NCBI RefSeq assembly: GCF_053078305.1
Contig: NZ_CP166879.1
DNA: 64,000 nucleotides
Reading direction: 5' to 3' (one strand)
Part shown: positions 32,001-40,201 of the stretch, piece after piece
Layout of the letters: each line of letters starts with the position of its first letter
Position numbering within the stretch: position 1 is the first letter of the stretch
Notes under the pieces: model-generated
The model's database searches: none
What the model saw: the letters and a program-made list of their open reading frames with translations, nothing else
Told to the model about the DNA's origin: nothing
Program-made: the position numbers and the translations under genes

Positions 32001-32238
32001 GAAAGCCCCTCCGGAGAGGGGCTGGAGTAGCGCTATGTACCGTTCATTACATGATGCCGGGTGCCTCCCGGTGAGTTCAGCCCGGTGCCACCGAACCCGC
32101 GTCATTCTCGCTAACGATCATCAGAGACCATTCCGTACACCAGCCGCCCCTCCGCACAGGGGGATTCATCATGCAGAAATTTTTTAACAAATTCTCAGTC
32201 GGGAAGACAACCTTCAACTGACTGAATTGTGAGCAACA
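32001..32238. repeat. Structured repeat unit 1 (~238 bp), diverged copy of unit at 32489-32723
   Basis: Shared blocks: gcccctccggagaggggc hairpin, gccgggtgcctcccggtgagttcag, cccctccgcacagggggattca-ATG, ttttaacaaa, ctgaattgtgag. Confidence 0.7.
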
Positions 32239-32488
32239 TAGCATTTAACGGGGAACCTGTTTTCTGCAGTAAAAAGGCCCACCGGAGCGGACGGGCCTGG
32301 AAGGATAGCGGTCATGTGATGCCGGTTTCCCGGTAACTCAGCACCGGTATCTGAGTCAACGTTTTCTCTACTGGGTCATTTCCGATACGCCCTGCCTGCT
32401 GACAGGCTTTCATCACATCTGAAAATATAGCACCCTGACTGATACTGTAGTACCCAAGGTTCCAGAAACTGTGATGTATCCGGCACAG

Positions 32489-32723
32489 AAAAGCCCCTCC
32501 GGAGAGGGGCTGACGCTGCGTATCTGTATCATCATGCGCATGGTGCCGGGTGCCTCCCGGTGAGTTCAGTATCAGCACCTGAACCCGCACAGAAAGGATA
32601 AGGGATGTAACCAAACACCTGTCGCTGATATGCCCCTCCGCTCAGGGGGATTCACCATGCCAGTTTCTTTTAACAAACTCCCCGCAAATCAGACAACTGT
32701 CAACCGTCTGAATTGTGAGACAT
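32489..32723. repeat. Structured repeat unit 2 (~235 bp)
   Basis: Same block order as unit 1; hairpins preserved by compensatory changes (ccgcaca vs ccgctca loop). Confidence 0.7.
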
Positions 32724-32789
32724 TTAAAATTTTCGGGGCAACAGGAAGACAATCATCACGACACCGGCAACCAGCGACCGGCACCAGAT

Positions 32790-33725
32790 TTAACGTATGT
32801 GCACACAACCTGAACCGGCATCAAAAAACAAACCGTGCACTGACAGAAAACGGGAAACCTCCGTCCGCTGATCATCACTCATTAAGGACCACACAAAGGC
32901 GTTATGCTCATCTTCAAGTTTCCGTCTTCTTGTTTGCCTTACAAGCAACTCAGCCGTCACCTGTACAATGTCAATGACCACCTTCTCTTCAGCAATGTAC
33001 GGCCTGTTCCAGTTCTCTGTGTTAATCTTCTCCGTCACCGGCGCTGACTTTTTGCAAGTTTCCCCATTAAACCCGACGCCATAAACAACAACATCATCGC
33101 TTTGCTTTTCGTTATCAATAATGACGAATAATACAGAAACCGATGTATCAGCGAACCCGCCTGAAATCTGAACCAACTCAACAACGCGGTTGCCAAAATA
33201 CTGACGCATTGCCAGCTCACCACGCCTGTAACCAACCCCGGGAAAGCACAAAAAAAATGAAAATCTTGCCTTCATACTCGCCAGAACATAAAACGCGTCA
33301 TCCAGAACACCGGAGGTCTTTTTATAAGGCATCATCGCTGAAATCTTCTCCCTGATATCCGCGCTCTGTGCTTTGTACTGTAGCGAAAAAGGCGGATTCA
33401 TGATGACACAATCGAACGTGTCCGTGTCACTGACATCATCTATGGCGTTGAAGAAATTTTCATTGACCGTCTTCACTGTGGCATCCGGAAAGTTATCCGG
33501 GATATGCAACAACGGAGAGGCCTGTATATCCACAGCATACAGACTTCCCACCGTGAGAAACTGCTCCAGTTGCCCGGAGCCACACGCACCATCAAAAATA
33601 CTCAGGGGCAGATCACCACAATATTCCCGCACTTTTTCAGCGACAAACCGACGCAAAGGAACGGACGTGATGTACTCTGCGTATTTTCTGGCGACTTCGC
33701 GATTATTGGATTCCTGAAAAACCAT
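32790..33725 (-). CDS. Putative N6-adenine DNA methyltransferase, gamma-class-like (motif I before NPPF)
   Basis: IFDGACGSGQL (SAM-binding) then VIMNPPF; 311 aa, too small for a separate target-recognition domain; lies at stx-equivalent locus. Confidence 0.6.
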   Translation of the reverse strand: MVFQESNNREVARKYAEYITSVPLRRFVAEKVREYCGDLPLSIFDGACGSGQLEQFLTVGSLYAVDIQASPLLHIPDNFPDATVKTVNENFFNAIDDVSDTDTFDCVIMNPPFSLQYKAQSADIREKISAMMPYKKTSGVLDDAFYVLASMKARFSFFLCFPGVGYRRGELAMRQYFGNRVVELVQISGGFADTSVSVLFVIIDNEKQSDDVVVYGVGFNGETCKKSAPVTEKINTENWNRPYIAEEKVVIDIVQVTAELLVRQTRRRKLEDEHNAFVWSLMSDDQRTEVSRFLSVHGLFFDAGSGCVHIR

Positions 33726-33810
33726 TTGTGAAAGGCTCTGTGGTTGATATGCGCCGGGCGTGGCACGGAGACAAAAAAGGCCCGCAAAAGCGAGCCTGGG
33801 AAAATAAGTG

Positions 33811-33887
33811 TGGCGCGTTGTACTGGATTCGAACCAGTGACCGATTGCTTAGAAGGCAATTGCTCTGTCCGACTGAGCTAACAACGC
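33811..33887 (-). tRNA. argO: tRNA-Arg (anticodon UCU), argO-like
   Basis: Cloverleaf folded by hand: acceptor GCGTTGT/ACAACGC, anticodon loop CTTCTAA, T-loop GGTTCGAATCC, CCA end. Confidence 0.75.
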
Positions 33888-33900
33888 ATGATGCTGATAA

Positions 33901-33977
33901 TGGACCGCCATCGGGGACTTGAACCCCGCGCAGCCAGCTTCGAAGGCTGGCGCTCTGTCCCGATGAGCTAATGGCGG
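33901..33977 (-). tRNA. argN: tRNA-Arg (anticodon UCG as read), argN-like
   Basis: Acceptor CCGCCAT/ATGGCGG, anticodon loop CTTCGAA, T-arm CGGGGTTCAAGTCCCCG. Confidence 0.65.
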
Positions 33978-33986
33978 TATGTGATA

Positions 33987-34062
33987 TGGTGGCCCTTGCT
34001 GGATTTGAACCAGCGACCTGGCGATTATGAGTCGCTCGCTCTCACCACTGAGCTAAAGGGCC
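33987..34062 (-). tRNA. ileZ: tRNA with CAU anticodon, ileX-like (tRNA-Ile2 via lysidine, or Met)
   Basis: GGCCCTTTAGCTCAGTGGTGAGAGC...CTCATAA...GGTTCAAATCC...CCA; close to E. coli ileX. Confidence 0.75.
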
Positions 34063-34102
34063 GGGTGCAGGATAATAACGGTACGTAACTAATCCTGCAA
34101 TA

Positions 34103-35161
34103 TCATCCGTTCTGACTGGCTAAATCCTGAACTTCCCTGACCGTCTGCTCAAAACGTTCAGTCTCCAGCTCAACGCCAGTTGCACGACGCCCCAGCGCCA
34201 TCGCGGCTTTGACTGTCGAACCCGACCCCATGAAAAAATCTGCAACCAGGTCCCCCGGACGACTGCTCGCGCTGATTATCTGCTGCAGCATTTCTGCCGG
34301 TTTTTCGCACGGATGTTTCCCGGGATAGTACTGCACCGGTTTATGCGTCCACACATCCGTGTACGGCACCTGCGCCGTCACACCGAAATACCGCCGCAGA
34401 TGCTTATATTCACTCTGCAGTTCCGCATACTGCCGGTTCAGTGAAGTATATGTCTCCAGCAGCTGGTGGTGGGGCTTTTCCAGTTCACCCCGCTGATGCT
34501 TCTCTTCTGCCACCCGGGCAAACAGCGCCTGTAATTTCAGATAATCACTTTCGTTCGGCAGCTGCCACTGACTGGCACTGAACCAGTGCGACACCATGTT
34601 TTTCTTTCCTGTGGCATCCACTATCTGTTTTGCCGTTATCCCCAGGGCAGCGCGCGCATCACGAAAGTAAGCAATCAGCGGGGCCATCACATGCTGTTTC
34701 AGTGCCCTGCCCTTCGCCTCATACCCGGCATCTTTCGGACGATACGGCCCCTGATAATGTTCCGCGAACAGAATGCGCTCTGTGGCGGGGAAATACGCCC
34801 GCAGGCTTTCCTTGTTGCACCCGTTCCAGCGTCCGGACGGCTTTGCCCAGATGATATGGTTCAGCACACTGAAGCGTTCACGCATCATGATTTCAATGTC
34901 AGACGCCAGGCGATGACCACAGAACAGGTAAAGACTTCCGGCAGGTTTCAGCACCCGCCAGAACTGCGCCAGACACTGGTCCAGCCACTTCAGGTAATCA
35001 TCGTCGCCCTTCCACTGGTTATCCCAGCCCTCGGGCTTCACTTTAAAGTATGGCGGGTCTGTGACTATCAGATCGACAGAGTTTTCCGGTAAGGTCTGGA
35101 TAAATTCCAGGCAATCAGCGTTGATTAACTCACAACTGGATATTTTTACAGTATTAAGCAT
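34103..35161 (-). CDS. DNA methyltransferase, beta-class (DPPY ... FxGxG), 352 aa
   Basis: DLIVTDPPYF near N-terminus; DFFMGSGSTV near C-terminus. Confidence 0.75.
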   Translation of the reverse strand: MLNTVKISSCELINADCLEFIQTLPENSVDLIVTDPPYFKVKPEGWDNQWKGDDDYLKWLDQCLAQFWRVLKPAGSLYLFCGHRLASDIEIMMRERFSVLNHIIWAKPSGRWNGCNKESLRAYFPATERILFAEHYQGPYRPKDAGYEAKGRALKQHVMAPLIAYFRDARAALGITAKQIVDATGKKNMVSHWFSASQWQLPNESDYLKLQALFARVAEEKHQRGELEKPHHQLLETYTSLNRQYAELQSEYKHLRRYFGVTAQVPYTDVWTHKPVQYYPGKHPCEKPAEMLQQIISASSRPGDLVADFFMGSGSTVKAAMALGRRATGVELETERFEQTVREVQDLASQNG

Positions 35162-35311
35162 GGATCATTAAGCCTGTCTCTGATAGGCTCATTCTGCTTT
35201 TGCGCAAAGCAGTGGGCCTGAGGTTTGCTTGTGACCCCAACGCATGAGCAGATGGCTGGTGAGTGCCCCTAACACCCACCAGCCGCCCATTTACCACAAA
35301 TAAAAAAGCCT

Positions 35312-35509
35312 TCAGGACTGAAGGCGTCTGTAACAACCGAACTGATAGTCTGCCAGACCCGCCATAACAAGCTGGGTCAGTATTAACTGACAGCGTTCGC
35401 GTGAAAGGTAAGTATTCTGCGCAATCTCCCCGACTGTCGCCGGTTCGGTGACGCTTAATTCATTAAACACCACTCTGGCGGTTTCGGTCATATCCTGCTG
35501 TTTCAGCAT
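35312..35509 (-). CDS. Hypothetical small protein (65 aa); start uncertain
   Basis: MLKQQDMTETARVVFNELSVTEPATVGEIAQNTYLSRERCQLIL...; longer track ORF crosses a terminator hairpin so N-terminal extension rejected. Confidence 0.3.
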   Translation of the reverse strand: MLKQQDMTETARVVFNELSVTEPATVGEIAQNTYLSRERCQLILTQLVMAGLADYQFGCYRRLQS

Positions 35510-35632
35510 GTCTTTTTCCCTTTTCCGGTTAACGTGACACACCAATAACTCTTGTCGAAAAAGCCAGCAAGCTGAAAGACCCGTATTCGCAACCACCAGC
35601 GCGTTTACTGTACTGACGCGATTTTCGGACAT

Positions 35633-35660
35633 AAAAAAACCACCTGGCGGTGGTTTTTTC
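35633..35660 (-). terminator. tR'-like rho-independent terminator downstream of Q
   Basis: aaaaaaaccacctggcggtggttttttt palindromic hairpin with flanking A/T runs. Confidence 0.55.
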
Positions 35661-35720
35661 TTACTTTGCCATCGCGTACAAAATCGGCAAAATATCAGAT
35701 TTATACGAAACATACGCGAT

Positions 35721-36410
35721 TTAATTGACTTTTGCAATATCTCGTCGTGAAAAGGTCGCTTTTTGTTGCGCTCTTATTTTCACGGAGCAAATCAAGGATT
35801 CTCTATCGAGGCGCTTAAAAATATCGCACATCTCACGCCAGTAGTTCGCATAATTATGGCTCCAGTTATCAGGCTTAACTCCACACAGTCTGGCAAGCTC
35901 CTGTCTCTGGTAGACCTCACACCCGGTAACCCATCCTCTGACATCCTGTGCCGCCAGCCAGATCAACTTCTTCACACGCTCCAGCGTTTTCACTGCAATT
36001 TTTCTGGTACCAGACTGAGTTTTAAATTCATTCCACACCCACTGCGTTATCGCGATCTGATGCTCCCAGCAAATGTTTCCGCCATAACACCACAACAACC
36101 ACGCCTTCTGATGTTCTTCCAGTTCCAGAAGGGCACGCCGCCACGATGATGTTGCAAACTCAACAGGACTGACCAGCGCAATTGATGAGCCTTTCGCCAG
36201 TGATTGTTTACCCGGGATTGGGGGATTATCCCGCGTGATCATTTTTCCGGTTACCTCATCGCGGTAACGAATTTTTTTGCGTCTGTAACGCCCTGTATCG
36301 AACAGGGCATTTTCCTGCCAGGCTTCCAGTTGACCTTTTGTCGCCCCACTGAGATCCGCAGTGGCAATCATGAGTTGCTCACGAACAAACTGTAAATACT
36401 GGTTATTCAT
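35721..36410 (-). CDS. Q: Late antiterminator Q-like protein
   Basis: Position directly upstream of terminator and late genes, downstream of rusA; ~230 aa as Qin-type Q proteins. Confidence 0.55.
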   Translation of the reverse strand: MNNQYLQFVREQLMIATADLSGATKGQLEAWQENALFDTGRYRRKKIRYRDEVTGKMITRDNPPIPGKQSLAKGSSIALVSPVEFATSSWRRALLELEEHQKAWLLWCYGGNICWEHQIAITQWVWNEFKTQSGTRKIAVKTLERVKKLIWLAAQDVRGWVTGCEVYQRQELARLCGVKPDNWSHNYANYWREMCDIFKRLDRESLICSVKIRAQQKATFSRRDIAKVN

Positions 36411-36766
36411 GCACACCCCACCTCTGTAATTTTTATCTCCAGCCGTCCACCAGATACTGGCTTGCCACGTACAATATTGATTTCATCAAACTGCTCGTCA
36501 TCAATAAGCACTCCCGCATGCGTCAGCGCATCCAGCGGTGCTTTCAGAATATTGTCCAGGTCACGACGACGCTTATCCGGTGGCTCTGCAATAATTTTTA
36601 TTGCCAGCCGTCCGGACAGGCTTAATTTCAGCCGCTGCTGGCGAACAATAAGCGCCACTGCACGGCGATAACGCTCCCCGGCTTTTGATACAAAATATGT
36701 GCTGCCACGGCGTCGCCAGTAAGTGTTCACCGTCGGCGGGTAAGGTAAAACCAAATCTATGAGCAT
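36407..36766 (-). CDS. rusA: Holliday junction resolvase RusA
   Basis: ...PYPPTVNTYWRR...KRRRDLDNILKAPLDALTHAGVLIDDEQ...GGRLEIKITE matches RusA. Confidence 0.85.
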   Translation of the reverse strand: MLIDLVLPYPPTVNTYWRRRGSTYFVSKAGERYRRAVALIVRQQRLKLSLSGRLAIKIIAEPPDKRRRDLDNILKAPLDALTHAGVLIDDEQFDEINIVRGKPVSGGRLEIKITEVGCA

Positions 36767-36778
36767 CAGTCACCTCTT

Positions 36779-37861
36779 TTACCCGAGCACGCCAGTCGCA
36801 AAGGCGTGATCAAGAAAACGAAAAATTAACTCAATCTGAGAGCCGTACTTTTTCTCAAACTCCAGCGGGTCTGCATGAAGTTCGTTGTGGTGCTCCCGGC
36901 ACAACGGTAGCGTGAAAATATCGTGGGCCTTTGTCCCCATTCCCCCCTGACCATGACCAATCAGGTGATGCGGATCGTCAGCAGGCTTACCACAACACGC
37001 ACACGGCTGTGTCTTTACCCAGCGCGTGTATTTCTCATTAACCCAACGGCGACGTTTAGGCCGCCTCATGAACGATTCAGGAGACTCCGGATCAACGGCG
37101 ATACTGACAACCGTTTTTTTCTGTGGTGGATTTTGTTGCTGGTGGACGTGAAGTGGCAGCGCAATATTTTTTGTGCGCTGCTTCAGTATGCTGATGGCTG
37201 TCTGTTCTCCCGGTACGATGTCACTCTCACGGTATACGGAGCGGATTTTTTCCGCTGGTAATCCCAGCGAACGACGCGCTACTGCCTCAGGTAGTGCATC
37301 CACCACCTGATTGCAGGCCGCCCACCAGGATAATTCGGCCAGCGATAACTCCCTCTCCTGCGTGCCGCTTATTGCGTGACGGATGACGTCAATCATCCAG
37401 GCAACCAGATTCTGCTGAGCAAGTTGATCGAGTGATTCTGATGTCTGGTCGCGCAGCTGGTTGTCACAGTGCCAGCACAACACCATCGCGCCGGTACCGT
37501 AACGGTGAATGACGGTTTCGCTGTGATGATAATCGCCATGTGGCCACTGGCAGGATTTCACGTGACGTAATAACCAGTCAGACAGCGCACCAGCACCGCC
37601 AGCGGCACGAATCACCCGTTCATTGCTGAAAAATGGCAGTAATGATTTATCCTCAGCCAGCGGCTGGCAAACGACAGGAACAACCCCGGACGGCAAACTC
37701 CGCATGCTTTTGGGTTCCGGCTCCACCAGCACCCTGCCGCGATGAAAAACCGGCAGTAATTCGCGACCAGGCTTAATGACCACCAGGCCAAGTTCCGGGA
37801 CCAGAACAGGTCGAAGTAATACCCGCACATTATCTCCAGACACGCTGACGGTAGCAGGCAT
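36779..37861 (-). CDS. DUF968 (YdfU-like) nin-region protein
   Basis: 360 aa; C-terminal Cys/His cluster CACCGKPADDPHHL...CREHHNELH; position as Qin ydfU. Confidence 0.55.
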   Translation of the reverse strand: MPATVSVSGDNVRVLLRPVLVPELGLVVIKPGRELLPVFHRGRVLVEPEPKSMRSLPSGVVPVVCQPLAEDKSLLPFFSNERVIRAAGGAGALSDWLLRHVKSCQWPHGDYHHSETVIHRYGTGAMVLCWHCDNQLRDQTSESLDQLAQQNLVAWMIDVIRHAISGTQERELSLAELSWWAACNQVVDALPEAVARRSLGLPAEKIRSVYRESDIVPGEQTAISILKQRTKNIALPLHVHQQQNPPQKKTVVSIAVDPESPESFMRRPKRRRWVNEKYTRWVKTQPCACCGKPADDPHHLIGHGQGGMGTKAHDIFTLPLCREHHNELHADPLEFEKKYGSQIELIFRFLDHAFATGVLG

Positions 37862-38102
37862 TTGTTCGTGGCAGATGTGCGCGAACAGGAAGATATACAG
37901 AAACGGTCCAGGTCAGACGATCAACGTTCAGACTCCGCTCCACACGGACACCGCGACGCAGATACGCCTCTTGAAGCATATCTGCCTCATCGGTCGTACA
38001 GAACAGATAGTGAAACCAGCCATACTGAGGCGTACGAAAACGCCACCCCCGCTTAATTTCCGGGTCGGCTTCAGAATTGTGGGATTTTATGTGTTGTGTC
38101 AT
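37830..38102 (-). CDS. Hypothetical nin-region protein (90 aa)
   Basis: ORF with coding-like composition; no family recognised. Confidence 0.35.
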   Translation of the reverse strand: MTQHIKSHNSEADPEIKRGWRFRTPQYGWFHYLFCTTDEADMLQEAYLRRGVRVERSLNVDRLTWTVSVYLPVRAHLPRTNACYRQRVWR

Positions 38103-38172
38103 CGGATTCTCCGGTGACAGCAGGTGTCAGTTGTTCAGGCTGACGGCGCGAATTGTAAGTCAATACGCCTGG

Positions 38173-38205
38173 AATGTACAAACAGAAAACCCGTCAGTAA
38201 GACGG
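38173..38205 (-). terminator. Rho-independent terminator after YgiW-like gene
   Basis: Minus strand cccgtcttactgacggg followed by ttttctgtttg. Confidence 0.55.
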
Positions 38206-38224
38206 GCTTAGCAAGCCGGGACGG

Positions 38225-38569
38225 TTACTTTAATAATTTCAGTGCCTTTACATCAACTTCAACACTGCTCAGGTCTTTATCAATTTCACCCTCAATTCTT
38301 ACTTTGTCTTTCGGAGAAACATTCTGCCCGGCCCATACGCTGTCATCAATATCCGTGACAATTGTCCCGCTATTGTCACGAAACTCATAACGTTCATCAC
38401 CCACTTTTTTAATGATGCTCCCTTCAAGGATAACCCATGCATCATCCTTCAGTTCTTTTGCCTGCGCTACTGTTGAACGCTCTGCTTCAGGCCCCTGGAA
38501 ACCACCCTGCTGTGCAAAAACGCCAAAAGACACACCGGAAATAAGTGCTGCAATCAATACCTTTTTCAT
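38225..38569 (-). CDS. Periplasmic OB-fold protein, YgiW/YdeI (BOF) family; moron
   Basis: Signal peptide MKKVLIAALISGVSFGVFA; QGGFQGP...AKELKDDAWVILEGSIIKKVGDERYEFRDNSGTI... resembles YdeI/YgiW. Confidence 0.7.
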   Translation of the reverse strand: MKKVLIAALISGVSFGVFAQQGGFQGPEAERSTVAQAKELKDDAWVILEGSIIKKVGDERYEFRDNSGTIVTDIDDSVWAGQNVSPKDKVRIEGEIDKDLSSVEVDVKALKLLK

Positions 38570-38690
38570 TCATAGTCCTCTTTCAGAAATGAACATTCAA
38601 ACAGCATTTTCAGTATGGTAAAGCGCGGGTGCGTTGAGGATGCCTGACACATCAGAGGTGGCGAGGGATTTCTCCCTCGCCTGGTCACTC

Positions 38691-38846
38691 TTACTTCTCA
38701 GATTCGTAGTCTACGAAGACAGCAACCTCCGTCTGGCCGGTTCGGATTCGTACCTCGCAGAGGTCTTTCCTCGTTACCAGTGCCGTCACAACAACGGTAA
38801 TACAGATGACGATCAGGGCGATTAACATCGCCTTTTGCTGCTTCAT
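38691..38846 (-). CDS. hok: Hok-family type I toxin (51 aa)
   Basis: MKQQKAMLIALIVICITVVVTALVTRKDLCEVRIRTGQTEVAVFVDYESEK; track ORF extends upstream (mok-like reading frame). Confidence 0.8.
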   Translation of the reverse strand: MKQQKAMLIALIVICITVVVTALVTRKDLCEVRIRTGQTEVAVFVDYESEK

Positions 38847-39136
38847 AGCCTGCTTCTCCTTGCCTTTCGGCACGTAAGAGGCTAACCTACGTTTGTGAAG
38901 CATAGATTGGGCCTCAGATTAATGTTAAGCGTCCTGCAAGACGCGTAATGTTAACTGGGGCTTTTCTCTGTCTGCCTTACGGCGGCATGCCCGAGGCAGA
39001 CAGCCTCAAGCACCCGCAGCAATTCTACTTAACTCTTCTTTCCCCGCAAACCGTTTTTATCCCCAGCGGCAAATCGAATACACCACCAGCGCCACCGCCA
39101 TTGCAATACCAACATTTGAGAAGGCCTCAGGCCAGC

Positions 39137-39490
39137 TCATTGGCGCACCTCCTTCGGCGGTTCTGGTAGCGGCATCCAGTGTGTGGCTTCACACACGATA
39201 GGCGCACCGAAACACTGCGCATACTGGAAGTCACCCGTATTATCCAGGTTAAAACCTGTAAACTGTTCCCCCGTGCTGGACACAAACAGTTGTACATCAA
39301 CACCAACTGGCGGCATTCGCTCACTACAGCTTATCCAACCATCCGGAGTTACCGGAGAATTGCCAGCCTTGCACATGGCAATCTCCATGATTTCAACCAT
39401 ATCTCCTGGTGGAATTTTACAATGCTGACCAATATGCCTCTGCTGCCTGGCATATTCGAGGATGTGCTCCAGTTTGGTTCGATCAATCAT
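39137..39490 (-). CDS. Hypothetical nin-region protein (DUF551-like?)
   Basis: 117 aa, Cys-containing; family assignment from memory only. Confidence 0.35.
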   Translation of the reverse strand: MIDRTKLEHILEYARQQRHIGQHCKIPPGDMVEIMEIAMCKAGNSPVTPDGWISCSERMPPVGVDVQLFVSSTGEQFTGFNLDNTGDFQYAQCFGAPIVCEATHWMPLPEPPKEVRQ

Positions 39491-39855
39491 GATTTATCTC
39501 CATTAAGCATTGCAGCACGGCAATCGTTCCATCCTTCAGCATAATCACTATGCGCAAGAGGCCAACCTCTTATGTATTCACGCGGCGACTTATCAGGCAC
39601 TACCAGCGCTGGCGGGACGGCAAATAGATATCCGCCAAAGTCAGGAAGCTCTCCAATGGCCTGTACGAACTTTTGTTTGCCTACGTCAACTCCTAATGGG
39701 TAATGAGCTATAATCTTTGCCACTGGCTCTGCTTCCAGCGATGCCAGTGCGATAAGCGCCAGCTCACGAATTTCACCGCCGTCTATATCGTCAATGTCAT
39801 CGCGGCCAGAAATGTTAGCCAGCCATTGCAGTCGCTCTTTGGTAATAGTGGTCAT
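39487..39855 (-). CDS. Hypothetical protein
   Basis: 122 aa ORF, stop-start overlap with neighbours. Confidence 0.35.
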   Translation of the reverse strand: MTTITKERLQWLANISGRDDIDDIDGGEIRELALIALASLEAEPVAKIIAHYPLGVDVGKQKFVQAIGELPDFGGYLFAVPPALVVPDKSPREYIRGWPLAHSDYAEGWNDCRAAMLNGDKS

Positions 39856-39856
39856 C

Positions 39857-40201
39857 TCACTCTCCTTCTATGCGAATACCAGCAACAGTCAGTGCGGCAT
39901 TGACCTCATCAGCGTAGTAGTACGTTAATCCACTTGATGATTTAGCCAGCTTGAATGGTTCTGGTAACTTCACTATGCGGGACTCCTGCTCGTCGATACG
40001 CTGTTTTGCTTCCTCCAGTTCATCCAGCAAATCAGCGATAATATCCACTTCACGATGACGGATTTCACACTTAAACGCAGCCAAAGCTGCATCACAATCC
40101 TGCTCAGCGTTTGGACTGTCTGGTTTCTCCTGATACCACGCCAGCATCGACCGATAGTTTTGTGCTGCCTCACGCAATGCCTGATAGTCAATCTTGCTCA
40201 C
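39857..40201 (-). CDS. Ead/Ea22-like protein, short paralog; GTG start
   Basis: (V)SKIDYQALREAA...; AGGAGGCAACCA-GTG initiation region identical to the downstream paralog. Confidence 0.5.
   Translation of the reverse strand: MSKIDYQALREAAQNYRSMLAWYQEKPDSPNAEQDCDAALAAFKCEIRHREVDIIADLLDELEEAKQRIDEQESRIVKLPEPFKLAKSSSGLTYYYADEVNAALTVAGIRIEGE

Noticed and set aside
32001-32723. Possible CRISPR array suggested by repeated GC-rich hairpins
   Set aside because: Only two long (~240 bp) diverged units about 490 bp apart, no short regular repeat-spacer periodicity and no cas genes.
29799-34100. Shiga toxin genes expected downstream of the Q-tRNA cluster
   Set aside because: No ORF with StxA or StxB features; the slot holds a methyltransferase and non-coding repeats.
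35312-35737. Full-length 141-aa ORF downstream of Q
   Set aside because: The N-terminal part crosses the tR'-like terminator hairpin; only a short 3' portion is kept as a low-confidence CDS.
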